Below are positions 1 to 10,519 of a stretch of DNA of 64,000 nucleotides, piece after piece. Positions within the stretch are counted from its first letter, which is position 1, and each line of letters starts with the position of its first letter. The stretch lies in the NCBI GenBank assembly GCA_043812495.1, contig JBDRMG010000002.1, positions 4,890-68,889 of the forward strand, in the 5' to 3' direction. This DNA comes from Candidatus Omnitrophota bacterium. GTDB lineage: Bacteria > Omnitrophota > Gorgyraeia > Zapsychrales > JBDRMG01. The position numbers and the translations under genes are program-made. A model generated the notes under the pieces. It saw only the letters and a program-made list of their open reading frames with translations. It was not told the origin of the DNA and ran no database searches.

Positions 1-129
1 CCAACCTACAAAGCCTTTGATTACCCTGAGATTTCTCGACGCCTGACGACCCAAGAATATGACGAAGCTGTTGTGTATGCTAAAAAGATGGGGTTAACCA
101 ATCTCGATATTCAAGGATACCCCTTTTAA
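1..129 (+). CDS. 3' end of probable PflX-like radical SAM protein (partial)
   Basis: Frame 1 reads PTYKAFDYPEISRRLTTQEYDEAVVYAKKMGLTNLDIQGYPF*, resembling the PflX-family C-terminus. Confidence 0.6.
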   Translation, partial: PTYKAFDYPEISRRLTTQEYDEAVVYAKKMGLTNLDIQGYPF

Positions 130-144
130 TACCAATAAGGACCG

Positions 145-894
145 ATGTCGGCGATCAAAACAAAAAGAAAGAAACCGAAAGTCAGCCCGCAGATGAGCGC
201 CCTATCCAGGAAAGTCGGCATGGCGATCGGAGATTATGACATGCTCCAAGACGGCGATAAAGTCATTGTCGGCGTTTCCGGCGGCAAGGACAGCTTCACC
301 TTACTTGAGTTGCTGCTTTATCGTCAGACCTTTGCGCCGATTCATTTTGACCTGATGGCTGTTCATGTTGATTTTGGGATATTAGGCGAAAAAGTTGAAA
401 GATTAAAAGATTATTTTGAAAAGAGACAAATAAAATACCTTATCAAGAAAGTGGACCTGCTCAAAGGTAAGACATGGGAAGATATCGATTGTTTTTGGTG
501 TTCATGGAACAGGCGCAAAGTGTTTTTTCAAATCGCCCAACGGTTCGGATTCAATAAGCTTGCGCTGGGACATCATTTGGATGATATCGCCGAGACGATC
601 CTTCTGAATCTTTTTTTCCACGGAAATACAAGCGCTATGGTTCCCAAACAGGAGCTTTTTAACGGAAAATTAACGATCATAAGGCCTCTGGCCTATATCC
701 AAGAAAAAGAAACTGTGCATTTCATAAAAAGAAGAAAAGACCTTCAATACAGTGCATGCCAGTGCCCCAACAGCGATGTCTCCAAACGTAGGGTGATGAA
801 GAAGTTGATCAAAAAGCTGGAAAAGCAGGTTCCCTGCATCAGAGAGAATATTGTTAGAAGCATAAAAAGAATAAAAGAAGAGTATCTTCCCTGA
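145..894 (+). CDS. ttcA: tRNA 2-thiocytidine biosynthesis protein TtcA family
   Basis: PP-loop SGGKDS, CFWC, GHHLDD, IIRPL, CQCP. Confidence 0.85.
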   Translation: MSAIKTKRKKPKVSPQMSALSRKVGMAIGDYDMLQDGDKVIVGVSGGKDSFTLLELLLYRQTFAPIHFDLMAVHVDFGILGEKVERLKDYFEKRQIKYLIKKVDLLKGKTWEDIDCFWCSWNRRKVFFQIAQRFGFNKLALGHHLDDIAETILLNLFFHGNTSAMVPKQELFNGKLTIIRPLAYIQEKETVHFIKRRKDLQYSACQCPNSDVSKRRVMKKLIKKLEKQVPCIRENIVRSIKRIKEEYLP

Positions 895-981
895 AACCGA
901 TCACCCCTATCTTTCCCGGGAAATCATCAACGCCCTCAGGCGAAAAAATTATTGCCTTAAATATATGCCTTTGTTAAATTG

Positions 982-990
982 TGCTATAAT
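982..990 (+). promoter_or_regulatory. Extended -10 promoter element upstream of the glycan locus
   Basis: TGcTATAAT 30 bp upstream of ATG 1021. Confidence 0.5.
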
Positions 991-1020
991 TAAGAAAATT
1001 AATATTAATATTAATAAGAA

Positions 1021-2256
1021 ATGAATAAAAAGAATTTCTCCTCATTGCTGATCGCATTGTTGGTTATCTATTGCATTATTTCCCTTGTCCCCATTTGGAA
1101 CTCTCCCTACGCAAGACAATCAGATTTTCGTATTTATTACTATAGCGCGAAACTTTTTTTTGACGGACAGAATCCGTATGACATGTGGCTATTGTGCCCT
1201 ATCATTAAGATTGCGCATTGGTGCGCGTATGCCCCGGCCGCCCTATCCTTTTATAAGCCTTTTCTTTACTTTGATTTTGAGACAGCAACCAAAGTTTTCT
1301 TAATATTAAAAATTATTCTCCTCGTTGTATTATTGACTCTATGGAAGAAATATTTCTTGAAAGAAGACGCGGATTTATTCTTCTATTTTTTTTGCGTGTT
1401 CGCCTTCCACAGCACGTTTTATATTGATTTGATTTCCGGCAATATCAATCTATTGGAACAGTGTTTGTTATGGATTGGATTTTACTACTTTCTTATTCAT
1501 CGCTATGTGTTATTCGGGGCCTTTGTCGTCGCGGCGTCCAGCTTTAAGCTGGCACCCGTCGTCTTTCTCTGGCTTTATTTCTTGTCTGATGATCCTCAAA
1601 AGTGGAAACATTTCATTATTTTCAACCTTCTATTTGTTTTGTATTTTCTTATTCAATACGCCGTGAATCCTTACCTCTTTTCTCAATATGTCAGTCGGGT
1701 TATACAAACATTACCCGATAGCGGAAGAGTCTGCCCAGCGACCCTCCCTTTTCTAAAGGATTTATTCTGGCTGATAACTAAAAATTTTAGAACAGATTTA
1801 CCGGCAGAAAGAATGAAAGAATTGGCGCATCTGGTTGCAACAGGTGTAACGGCCATTATTTCCATTACCGTGATTCTTACGACACGTAAGGCGTTGAATC
1901 TTCTGAGATCTTTATCCGCTCGGGATAAGGACAAAATTGTTTTATTTCTCTTTTGCCTACTCTATGCCCTGATTCATCCTCGATTCAAGGACTATGCCTA
2001 TATTCTGCTTATTGTCCCGTCTTACTATATTCTCAAGCGTTCTATCTCTTTTAATTTCTATCCTGTGATTCTTATTCTTCCGCTATTGGCTTTTCATTCG
2101 ACATTACCCGGATTTAGAAAATTATTTCCTCTTCTCTGGGAATACTACCCGCTTGTGATTGTTTATGGTATTTGGAGTTTATATTTGGTTCATATTTTTC
2201 GCTTCAAAGCAACTTATCTTACAGGGGAACCTAAGAAGGAAGACCATCAAACATGA
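1021..2256 (+). CDS. GT87/DUF2029-like polytopic (GT-C) glycosyltransferase
   Basis: DFRIYY..A...GQNPY, YAP, GNINL, FKLAP motifs; many TM segments. Confidence 0.75.
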   Translation: MNKKNFSSLLIALLVIYCIISLVPIWNSPYARQSDFRIYYYSAKLFFDGQNPYDMWLLCPIIKIAHWCAYAPAALSFYKPFLYFDFETATKVFLILKIILLVVLLTLWKKYFLKEDADLFFYFFCVFAFHSTFYIDLISGNINLLEQCLLWIGFYYFLIHRYVLFGAFVVAASSFKLAPVVFLWLYFLSDDPQKWKHFIIFNLLFVLYFLIQYAVNPYLFSQYVSRVIQTLPDSGRVCPATLPFLKDLFWLITKNFRTDLPAERMKELAHLVATGVTAIISITVILTTRKALNLLRSLSARDKDKIVLFLFCLLYALIHPRFKDYAYILLIVPSYYILKRSISFNFYPVILILPLLAFHSTLPGFRKLFPLLWEYYPLVIVYGIWSLYLVHIFRFKATYLTGEPKKEDHQT

Positions 2257-4193
2257 AAGGCTTCTTTAAAAAGATTGGCATTATGAACAGCCTTGATGGC
2301 ATAGCGCTTGGCTTATGTACCTTCAACTTCTTTACCTGGATAAGTCTTTTGAGTTTCAAATATTACCATTTCGGCTATTACGATTGGGATTTGGCGCTTT
2401 ATGCGCAGGTGATGTGGAGCCTGACGCAAGGGAGCGCCCATACCTCGCTGTTTGGTATGAATTTCCTGGCCAATCATTCCCAATACATTGCTTTTTTTCT
2501 TGTCCCTATTTATTTTATCTTTAAGCATCCCATGACGCTGGTCGTTCTCAAGGTCTTATCCTATTGCGTCGGCGGGTTTGTTCTTTATTTAATAGCAAAG
2601 AAGAGCCTGAAGGAGATATGGGCCATTCTTTTCATGATTCTCTATCTGTGTTATCCGGCCAATATCTTTACCCTTATCTATGAGTTTCATTTTGAAACCC
2701 TTGCGATTGGCTTGCTGTTTCTGCTTTTTTATTTTTACCAAGAAAAGAGATTTACTCCCTTTTGTATCACCATGTTTTTTGTGGGGATGATTAAAGAAAA
2801 CTTACTTTTGATTATTGTCGCGTTTGGAATTTATGCCGTCTTCTTTAGAAAAGAGCAAAAATTAAGATGGAGCCTTGTCCCCTTGATTTTTGGCTTGATT
2901 ATTTTTTACATTTCTTTGTTTGTGGTGATGCCGGCCTTGCGGGAGCAATTACCTCAAGCCAACGCGTATTTGGGGCTTTACCGTGAATTGGGAGACTCAC
3001 CAAAGACAATCGCGCAGACCATGCTTTTTTCTCCGGCAAAAATCCTCGGCAAGGTCTTTGCGTCCAGAAATGTTTTCTATATCCAAGATTTGTTTGGCCC
3101 GTTGTTTTTAACCGCTTTTTTAAGTCCGCATATACTTTTCTTGGCTTCGCCGGTCTTATTGCAGCATATGTTGTCAGCCGCTTTTCAGGAACATACTATT
3201 TATTATCATTATGCCGCAACGATTGTTCCGTTTATTTTTCTTGCGTCGATCAACTCATTGAGATTGATTAAAGAAAAATTAAGTTCGTTAACCTATCATA
3301 CCGTATTAATTGTTACTATGATTCTTTGCGTTCTTAATTCTTTGAGTTATGGCCATGTCTTTAAAGATCGCATAGCCCAATGGAACGATCCTTTTGATTC
3401 TGTGCGATGGGACATGGTCAAGAAGGTGCCGCGGGACAGATCCCTCGTGGCAACCTTAAGCTTTTTGGGCGAGCTTTCCCAGCGCGAGAATATTTTCTCT
3501 CTGCATACGGTCTGGCAAGGGGCGAATGTTTTTACCGGAAAGAAACCATATCCGAGCCCCGAGCAAGTGGACTATGCCCTCATCGACTTCGATGATCCAT
3601 GGTTAATTCATGCATGGTCTGCAAAACCGCAGAAAACAGCCGAGAATATCGGGGCTTTCTTCTCAAAAAATGATTGGCGCGTTGTAGATGCGTTTGAAAA
3701 CATTGTCTTACTGAAGAAAGATGGCCAACAGAAGGATAAGCTTCTGGAAAAGGCATCAAAGCCCTTGGCGTCAATTGATGATTCTAAGGTTCTTTCTGTG
3801 GATGAAAATTTTGAGCTCATATCTTTTAACTTAGGGAAATCCATCGTCAAGGATAAACATTTTCTTCCCTTGACATTTTCTTGGAAATGCAATCGTCCGA
3901 TCAACGCTCACTATATTATGATTTTGGTTATTAAAAAAGATAATCAGCCCATTTGGGCACGACAAAGGAGAGTCGGATATGCTTATTATCCGACAATAGC
4001 CTGGGAAGAGGGCGACTATATAAAAGAAAATTATTGGATGCTTTTACCGCCAAATATCAAGCCGGGGATATATTCGGTTGAGACGGCCTTCTTGAAGTTT
4101 GGGCAAAAGAAATGGGCGAGTCTGCTGACTGCAGATTCCAAGCGAGTCAGTCAGGATGGATTCTTTAAGCTCGGAGAGGTTAAAATTCCGTAA
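2253..4193 (+). CDS. DUF2079-like membrane protein (GT-C-like)
   Basis: WDLALYAQ..W, NH, YEFH, KEN, YYHY motifs; TM N-half plus soluble C-terminal domain. Confidence 0.7.
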   Translation: MKGFFKKIGIMNSLDGIALGLCTFNFFTWISLLSFKYYHFGYYDWDLALYAQVMWSLTQGSAHTSLFGMNFLANHSQYIAFFLVPIYFIFKHPMTLVVLKVLSYCVGGFVLYLIAKKSLKEIWAILFMILYLCYPANIFTLIYEFHFETLAIGLLFLLFYFYQEKRFTPFCITMFFVGMIKENLLLIIVAFGIYAVFFRKEQKLRWSLVPLIFGLIIFYISLFVVMPALREQLPQANAYLGLYRELGDSPKTIAQTMLFSPAKILGKVFASRNVFYIQDLFGPLFLTAFLSPHILFLASPVLLQHMLSAAFQEHTIYYHYAATIVPFIFLASINSLRLIKEKLSSLTYHTVLIVTMILCVLNSLSYGHVFKDRIAQWNDPFDSVRWDMVKKVPRDRSLVATLSFLGELSQRENIFSLHTVWQGANVFTGKKPYPSPEQVDYALIDFDDPWLIHAWSAKPQKTAENIGAFFSKNDWRVVDAFENIVLLKKDGQQKDKLLEKASKPLASIDDSKVLSVDENFELISFNLGKSIVKDKHFLPLTFSWKCNRPINAHYIMILVIKKDNQPIWARQRRVGYAYYPTIAWEEGDYIKENYWMLLPPNIKPGIYSVETAFLKFGQKKWASLLTADSKRVSQDGFFKLGEVKIP

Positions 4194-4205
4194 AGCGAGG
4201 TGTGT

Positions 4206-5090
4206 ATGACAAAACAAATCATTTATGTAGCGCAGCTTCTGCGCATGAAGCAGTGGGTCAAGAATTTCTTCATCTTTTTTCCTTTGATTTTTGCGGGCCA
4301 GTTATTTCAAATTCAATCCGCTCTCGATACATTATTGACCTTTATAGCCTTCTGCTTGATTGCAAGCGGTGTTTATGTCTTCAATGATCTCTTGGACATC
4401 GAGAAAGACCGTTTGCATCCCAAGAAATCAAAACGGCCGCTTGCCAAGGGCCATGTCCATAAACCTTTGATTATCGGACTGATTCTCTTTCTTATATTGA
4501 TCGGCTTGGGTCTGTCAAGCTGGGTGGATCATGCCATATTTGCCATCGCGTCTCTCTATGTCCTTTTACATATTATTTATAATTTTTATGCCAAGAGAGT
4601 TGTCATCGTGGATGTGATGTTTGTCGCAGCGGGGTTTCAAATCCGTATTTGGGCCGGTTCTTTGGCGGCCGGAGTTTTTCCTTCGGAATGGCTTCAGATG
4701 TGTGTTTTTCTCTTAGCATTGTACCTGGGATTTACTAAAAGACGTTATGAGCTTTCAACCCTCAAGGAAGAGGCCGCGAATCACAGAAGAGTTTTGACAC
4801 ATTATACATCGTATCTTTTGGATCAGATCATTATTATCTGCTCGACTTTAACTGTTGTTTTTTATGGGCTTTATGTCTTGTCTCCCTCGGTAACCGAACG
4901 ATTGGGCAACAGTTATATGGTCTATTCGATGGTTTTTGTGATTTATGGCGTATTCCGTTACCTTTATTTGATTCATGTCAAGAAACTCGGGGATGATCCG
5001 GGAGACGTCATTTTCGGCGATTTTCCGTTATTGTTAAGTATTTTGCTTTGGTTCAGTTACATATTGATATTGTTTTACTTTCGAACGTAA
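4206..5090 (+). CDS. UbiA-family decaprenyl-phosphate phosphoribosyltransferase-like protein
   Basis: RMKQWVKN, YVFNDLLDIEKDRLHPKKSKRPLA, KRRYEL. Confidence 0.85.
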   Translation: MTKQIIYVAQLLRMKQWVKNFFIFFPLIFAGQLFQIQSALDTLLTFIAFCLIASGVYVFNDLLDIEKDRLHPKKSKRPLAKGHVHKPLIIGLILFLILIGLGLSSWVDHAIFAIASLYVLLHIIYNFYAKRVVIVDVMFVAAGFQIRIWAGSLAAGVFPSEWLQMCVFLLALYLGFTKRRYELSTLKEEAANHRRVLTHYTSYLLDQIIIICSTLTVVFYGLYVLSPSVTERLGNSYMVYSMVFVIYGVFRYLYLIHVKKLGDDPGDVIFGDFPLLLSILLWFSYILILFYFRT

Positions 5091-5118
5091 AAGGTAGTTT
5101 GACGTTGAAAGCGGCATA

Positions 5119-6258
5119 ATGAAAAATAACGAAATTGATCTGAAGGCAGTCCTTCTTTCTTCAGGTTCCCTGAAAATTAAGCTGATCAAACTTGCGGATT
5201 TGCTTCTGGGCACTTTGATATGCTTGTTGATCAAAGGAAGAAAATTCTATGCTCCGGAAAATCTGCCTTGTGAAAGGCTGCTTGTTATCCGGCCGGGCGG
5301 GATAGGGGATGCCGTTTTTCTCCTTCCGCTTTTGCGTGAGCTCAAAAGACAAAGGCCGAATATGAGAATCGATATTCTCTGCGAGAAAAGGAATCATCAG
5401 ATTTTTCGATCTCAAAAGGAAGTCATCAACCGAATTTTTTGCTATGATGCTTGTGGTTCTTTTCTTAGCCTTTTCCAGAATACCTACGATGTTGTGATCG
5501 ATACCGAACAATGGCATTATTTTAGTGCCCTGATTTCGTATTTCCTCAAGCCAAAATGTGCGATCGGATTCGCCACAAGACCTTTGCGCGCAAAACTTTT
5601 TCATCAGAAAATAACGCTTGAGAGCGATGCGTATGAATTGTTGAATTTTCAAAGATTATTTACTCCGGTCTGTCCGGATATTCAAAAAGTTCAAGATATT
5701 GATACCAGCTTTCTTGTGTCGAATGAAAGCCAAGAATGGGCGCGGGATAAGATTCCCGAGAAAAGCATTTCGCTTTTTTTGGGAGCCAGTATTCCGGAAC
5801 GACGTCTGACCAAAGAGCAAAGCCTGGACATCATTCGGTTTATTCTCCAAAAAAAGTATGATGTTATTATTTTGGGAGGTCGTGATGTCCGAAAAGAATG
5901 CGAGGATATTGAGCGGGAAGTCTCCGATGATCGCTTGATGAATTTTGCCGGCAAAGTCTCGCTTGAACAAAGCGCGGCTTTGATTAAACAAAGCAAAGTG
6001 TTTGTCGGGCCGGATTCCGGTCTGATGCATCTGGCCTGTGCCGTCGGCACGCCCGTTGTGGCGATTTTCGGCCCCGGAAACTTAAAAAAATGGGGGCCGA
6101 GGGGCGATCCTCATACGGTGCTTACCGAGAATGTTTCTTGCTCACCGTGCACATGTTTTGGGTATACTGTGACGACATGTAAGAAGAGTTACCCATGTAT
6201 GCGAAATTTAAATATTGAGAATCTTAAGAAAACCATTAAAAAAAAGACAATCTTATAA
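5119..6258 (+). CDS. GT9 (heptosyltransferase-like) glycosyltransferase
   Basis: GGIGD, DSGLMHLACAVGTPVVAIFGP, CSPC. Confidence 0.85.
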   Translation: MKNNEIDLKAVLLSSGSLKIKLIKLADLLLGTLICLLIKGRKFYAPENLPCERLLVIRPGGIGDAVFLLPLLRELKRQRPNMRIDILCEKRNHQIFRSQKEVINRIFCYDACGSFLSLFQNTYDVVIDTEQWHYFSALISYFLKPKCAIGFATRPLRAKLFHQKITLESDAYELLNFQRLFTPVCPDIQKVQDIDTSFLVSNESQEWARDKIPEKSISLFLGASIPERRLTKEQSLDIIRFILQKKYDVIILGGRDVRKECEDIEREVSDDRLMNFAGKVSLEQSAALIKQSKVFVGPDSGLMHLACAVGTPVVAIFGPGNLKKWGPRGDPHTVLTENVSCSPCTCFGYTVTTCKKSYPCMRNLNIENLKKTIKKKTIL

Positions 6259-6265
6259 TTTCTTT

Positions 6266-7465
6266 ATGGATAAAGAAGCTGGAAAAAAGATCAAAATTCT
6301 ATTTGTTTCGCACAGCGCCCGGCTTTATGGGGCAGAACAGAGTCTGCTCTTATTTCTGACACATATGGATCGGGAGCGGTTTGAGCCTGTTGTGGTCATC
6401 CCGGAGGATGGACTTCTGGCAGATAGGCTTTGCGCGCTAAAAATAAAATATTATAAGATTAGATGTCCATGGTGGATTTCCGGTCGCAGGGGAATATTTC
6501 TATTTATTCTTAAGCTGATCTACAATTTTCTCATGGAAATTTATGTGACACTCCGCTTGACAAAAGTAATTTATACTGAAAAGCCAGACCTGGTCTACAC
6601 AAATACCATGGTCATTTTATCGGGCGCACTGGCAGCTCGCTTAACTCGCAAGCCACACGTTTGGCATTTGAGAGAAATCGTCATCGGTAATCAGAATTGG
6701 CAGTCATTTCTTCCAAAAAAATATCTTTTTAGCACAATCACGAAATTGTCAAAGATTGTGCTTATCGTGTCTTATGCTGTTAAAGAACAATTTTCTTCTG
6801 ACGGGCCAGAAGGGAAATTGAATGTCGTGGGCGACGCCGTAGAACCTATGCAAAACGAATTCCCTGCTTCTGATGATCAGGATTTGGGACTTCGGGATGA
6901 TGACTGGCTTATTGCGTTTGTCGGCTCTCTTCAAAAACTCAAAGCCCCAGATATTGCCATTAAAGCCTTTTGCGATGTTAAAAAGAAGTGTCCGAAGACT
7001 AAACTTTTGATCTTTGGAACCGGCGAGTACGCCTATAAAGAATATTTACAAAAACTTGTTAACGATTGCCTGCTGGACCAAGACGTTCTATTTCTCGGAT
7101 TTCGGTCCGATATCCATAATATTTTAAAAAATTGCAAGATATCTTTGCTTTGTTCGACCATGGAAGCATTTCCCCGGGCAGTCATTGAATCAATGAGCGC
7201 GGGGCTGCCGGTTATAGGGACAAATGTCGGCGGGATAAAAGAAATTATCCAAGACGGCGTTACTGGTTTCTTGGTTCCTGTTAACGATCCCAAGAGTGTG
7301 GCCGAGAAGATCATTGAGCTTTATGGTAATGAAGAGTTGTCCAGGTGCATGGGCTTGAAAGGCCAAGAAGTCATTTCTCAGCAGTACGGCGTCGATGACT
7401 ATGTCAGAAGAATCGAAAAAGAATGCTTGCTTGCTATTGCCGGTAAGCCTGATGCTCGTTTATAA
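6266..7465 (+). CDS. GT4 glycosyltransferase
   Basis: LYGAE, EAFPRAVIESM, TNVGG; start moved to ATG 6266. Confidence 0.85.
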   Translation: MDKEAGKKIKILFVSHSARLYGAEQSLLLFLTHMDRERFEPVVVIPEDGLLADRLCALKIKYYKIRCPWWISGRRGIFLFILKLIYNFLMEIYVTLRLTKVIYTEKPDLVYTNTMVILSGALAARLTRKPHVWHLREIVIGNQNWQSFLPKKYLFSTITKLSKIVLIVSYAVKEQFSSDGPEGKLNVVGDAVEPMQNEFPASDDQDLGLRDDDWLIAFVGSLQKLKAPDIAIKAFCDVKKKCPKTKLLIFGTGEYAYKEYLQKLVNDCLLDQDVLFLGFRSDIHNILKNCKISLLCSTMEAFPRAVIESMSAGLPVIGTNVGGIKEIIQDGVTGFLVPVNDPKSVAEKIIELYGNEELSRCMGLKGQEVISQQYGVDDYVRRIEKECLLAIAGKPDARL

Positions 7466-7549
7466 TGACTATTAATTTGATATTTCAACTTTTCAACCGA
7501 TATGTATTTTTGAGAAAATCATAATCATTCAAGGAAAAGAATTCCCTCA

Positions 7550-9592
7550 ATGAGCGATCGCAGACAATTAAAAATTTTGTTTTTAACACACTGGTATCCT
7601 GATAAAACTAATCCCGTCAATGGAATTTTTATACGAGAACACGCCATAGCGGCCAATCTCTATAATGATGTTATTGTCATTTACATTGATCCGACCGAGG
7701 ATTGCAGGAAGGGTATCTGGAGAATTATTTCAGATATGACGGAAGAAGGCGTGCGTACCATCCGCATGGCTCACAGAAAAGACGGCTTTAGGCTGTTTCT
7801 TCGTTTTTATAAAGCAGCAAGCTTTCTGGGAATTGTTGAGAAATTGAGACAGGAATCTTGGCATCCGGATCTTGTCCATGCCAATGAATATGCCGTCATA
7901 TTTCCGGCATGGTTGATCGGACGAAAATATAAAATCCCCGTCATCCTTAGCGAGCATTGCAGCGAATTCCCACTAAAATTAATCAGTGGTCTTAATGCCT
8001 GGTTGGTGCGATTTTTCCTCAATCGAATTAGCAGAATATTGCCCGTCAGCAAATTCTTAGAAAATGCAATTATTTCTTATGGAATTAAGACACCCTGCGA
8101 AATTGTGCCCAATATTATCCCCAACGATATTTTTTACCCTGCCGAAGAAAAGAAATCAAGACCGACGAAAGAAATGCTTTTTGTCGGCTATCTGAAGCCG
8201 ATCAAAGGATTGCCTTTTTTGTTTCGCGCTATCGCTTCGGTTTCCAAAAAAAGGAAGGATTTTGTTTTACGAATAGTGGGAGAAGGGGAAAGAGGCGATG
8301 AATACGCGCAAATGGTGCATGATCTTGGAATCGATGATTTCGTGAAATTCGAGGGCCGTAAGACAAAACCAGAAGTAGCACAATTAATGCGTGCATGCGA
8401 TTTTCTGGTTCATCCGAGTCAAATGGAGACATTCGGCGTTACGGTCGCTGAAGCTCTGATGTGCGGGAAACCTGTCCTTGCATCGTGCTTACCGGTATTC
8501 GAAGAAAAGATCAATGCCGCTAAAGGTGTTCTGGTCCCTTATGGTGATCTAACGGCTTTAGAGAACGCCATCATATATATGCTGGATCATTCAGAAGAAT
8601 ACAATGCTGATGAAATAGCTTCTTATGCACGTCAGCATTTTGCAAGGGATGTCGTTGGAAAAGAAATTCTTGGTGTTTATGAAGATATCTGTGAGAAGAA
8701 AGTCAAAGAGTATATAGCGGAACAATATTGGGAAGAAAGACTCCAAAACAATCTATCGCTTTCGGGTGTCGGTCACCAGAATTTTTCTTTAGAATATAAT
8801 ATTTGGATGTATCGCGCAAGGATGCGCATACTCGATCAATTCCTTAGAGACAATAGGATCGATGTCCAAGGAAGGAAAATATTGGACATAGGGACGGGTA
8901 CGGGATTCTATATTGATTATTGGTTTAAGAAGCATCCAGCGTCTGTTGTCGGACTGGACATCACGGCGAAGTCCGTCGATTATTTGCGAAATAAATATCC
9001 CCAATATCGTTTTATGAAGGCAAATATCTCACAAGAAAATCTCCCCCTTGACGAGAAATTTGATGTAATCACTGCTTTTGATGTCTTATTTCACATTGTC
9101 CACGATAATGAATTTCGGCAGGCGATTCACAATATTCATCAATTATCCCATTCACAAACAGACATCTTGATCATGGATAATTTTCTTAAGGAGAACAAGG
9201 AGGTTCGTTTTCATGAGAATGACAGAACGCTAGGTGATTATAAGAAAATTCTGAAAGAGCACGACCTGGAAGTCAAAAACATAACTCCTCTATTTTATTT
9301 CTTGAACGATCCTGTCGATATCAAGGGTATTTCCGGCCGATTTGAACGTTTTTGCATAAAAACAATCTGGCGCGTCAATGTTTTTATAGCTAAAGGGAGC
9401 GGAAGGCTTAGGGTCTGCGGAAGATCTGTTTCGTACGTCTGGGCAGCTTTTCTCTATGCTTGTGATTTGATTATGCTTAAAATGCGTCCGGTCGGTCCGA
9501 GTACCAAGTTGATGTTTGCAAAGAGAATTCCCTCCCATCCTGACCATAATGCAAAAGAACGAAGTGAAAATAATAGAAAGTCATATCGGTAA
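7550..9592 (+). CDS. GT4 glycosyltransferase fused to class I SAM methyltransferase
   Basis: ETFGVTVAEAL in the N-half; ILDIGTGTG and FDVLFH in the C-half, one continuous ORF. Confidence 0.8.
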   Translation: MSDRRQLKILFLTHWYPDKTNPVNGIFIREHAIAANLYNDVIVIYIDPTEDCRKGIWRIISDMTEEGVRTIRMAHRKDGFRLFLRFYKAASFLGIVEKLRQESWHPDLVHANEYAVIFPAWLIGRKYKIPVILSEHCSEFPLKLISGLNAWLVRFFLNRISRILPVSKFLENAIISYGIKTPCEIVPNIIPNDIFYPAEEKKSRPTKEMLFVGYLKPIKGLPFLFRAIASVSKKRKDFVLRIVGEGERGDEYAQMVHDLGIDDFVKFEGRKTKPEVAQLMRACDFLVHPSQMETFGVTVAEALMCGKPVLASCLPVFEEKINAAKGVLVPYGDLTALENAIIYMLDHSEEYNADEIASYARQHFARDVVGKEILGVYEDICEKKVKEYIAEQYWEERLQNNLSLSGVGHQNFSLEYNIWMYRARMRILDQFLRDNRIDVQGRKILDIGTGTGFYIDYWFKKHPASVVGLDITAKSVDYLRNKYPQYRFMKANISQENLPLDEKFDVITAFDVLFHIVHDNEFRQAIHNIHQLSHSQTDILIMDNFLKENKEVRFHENDRTLGDYKKILKEHDLEVKNITPLFYFLNDPVDIKGISGRFERFCIKTIWRVNVFIAKGSGRLRVCGRSVSYVWAAFLYACDLIMLKMRPVGPSTKLMFAKRIPSHPDHNAKERSENNRKSYR

Positions 9593-10506
9593 TGGAGGTT
9601 ATATCACGGGTGAATGATAAAGAAAAAATATTTGAAGAATTTTATCGCTTAGCTGATTTTTATTATCAACAAAACCTAATCAAAGACGCCCAGAATTATA
9701 AAAAAGACTTTTCGGCGTTCTTGCTTTATTTGCACCATATAAAGACCTATGAATTATTAGCCCCCTTTTGTCGAGATAAGACAATACTTGATATTGGGTG
9801 TTTTCTTGGATACGGAGAGCCCTATATTGCCGAAGAGGCGAAAGAGGTTATAGCCATCGATAATAACAGGGGTGCCATTAATTTTGCAAGAAACCATTAT
9901 TCTTTGCCGAATGTTGATTTTAGAGTTGTTGATGCTAAACAATTACCTTTTGAGGATGAGTCGATAGATATTGTTCTGGCCGTACAGCTCATCGAACACA
10001 TTCAGCCCGGTGAAATAGAAGATTTCCTTAAGAAAATAAAGAAATTATTGCGGAAAGACGGTCAGCTTTTGCTTGTTACGCCAAACAGGGAATTTCGCCT
10101 ACTACCATTTCAGAAGCCTTTTAATCCGGAACATTTTCAGGAGTTTACGAAGAAAACACTTCATAAATCCTTAGAAAAGATTTTTGACAAGATTGAAATT
10201 AAAGGAATTTATGCAGCAAAATGGATAGAAGAGATTGAGCGGAAACGAGTTCGACGGTCACCTTTACATTTTTATATTAATGATCCGCTAATCCGCCTTC
10301 TGCGATATATTGTTCAAAAAACGGGTATATCACAAAAGAACAATGCTTTTTTCCAAAGAAAACAAAACGATAAAGAAACAGCTTATCCTTGCTTAGAATG
10401 GGATTTTGATGGGCTCTTAGAAAAACTTAGTGACAAAGATTTTTTTATCAAAAACGAGGCATCCAAGACAGCCTTAGACTTATTTTCTCTCTGCGCTAAG
10501 GATTAA
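9592..10506 (+). CDS. Class I SAM-dependent methyltransferase
   Basis: ILDIGCFLGYG, LIEH, TPN, NPEHFQE. Confidence 0.85.
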   Translation: MEVISRVNDKEKIFEEFYRLADFYYQQNLIKDAQNYKKDFSAFLLYLHHIKTYELLAPFCRDKTILDIGCFLGYGEPYIAEEAKEVIAIDNNRGAINFARNHYSLPNVDFRVVDAKQLPFEDESIDIVLAVQLIEHIQPGEIEDFLKKIKKLLRKDGQLLLVTPNREFRLLPFQKPFNPEHFQEFTKKTLHKSLEKIFDKIEIKGIYAAKWIEEIERKRVRRSPLHFYINDPLIRLLRYIVQKTGISQKNNAFFQRKQNDKETAYPCLEWDFDGLLEKLSDKDFFIKNEASKTALDLFSLCAKD

Positions 10507-10519
10507 GGGGAAAGAATCA

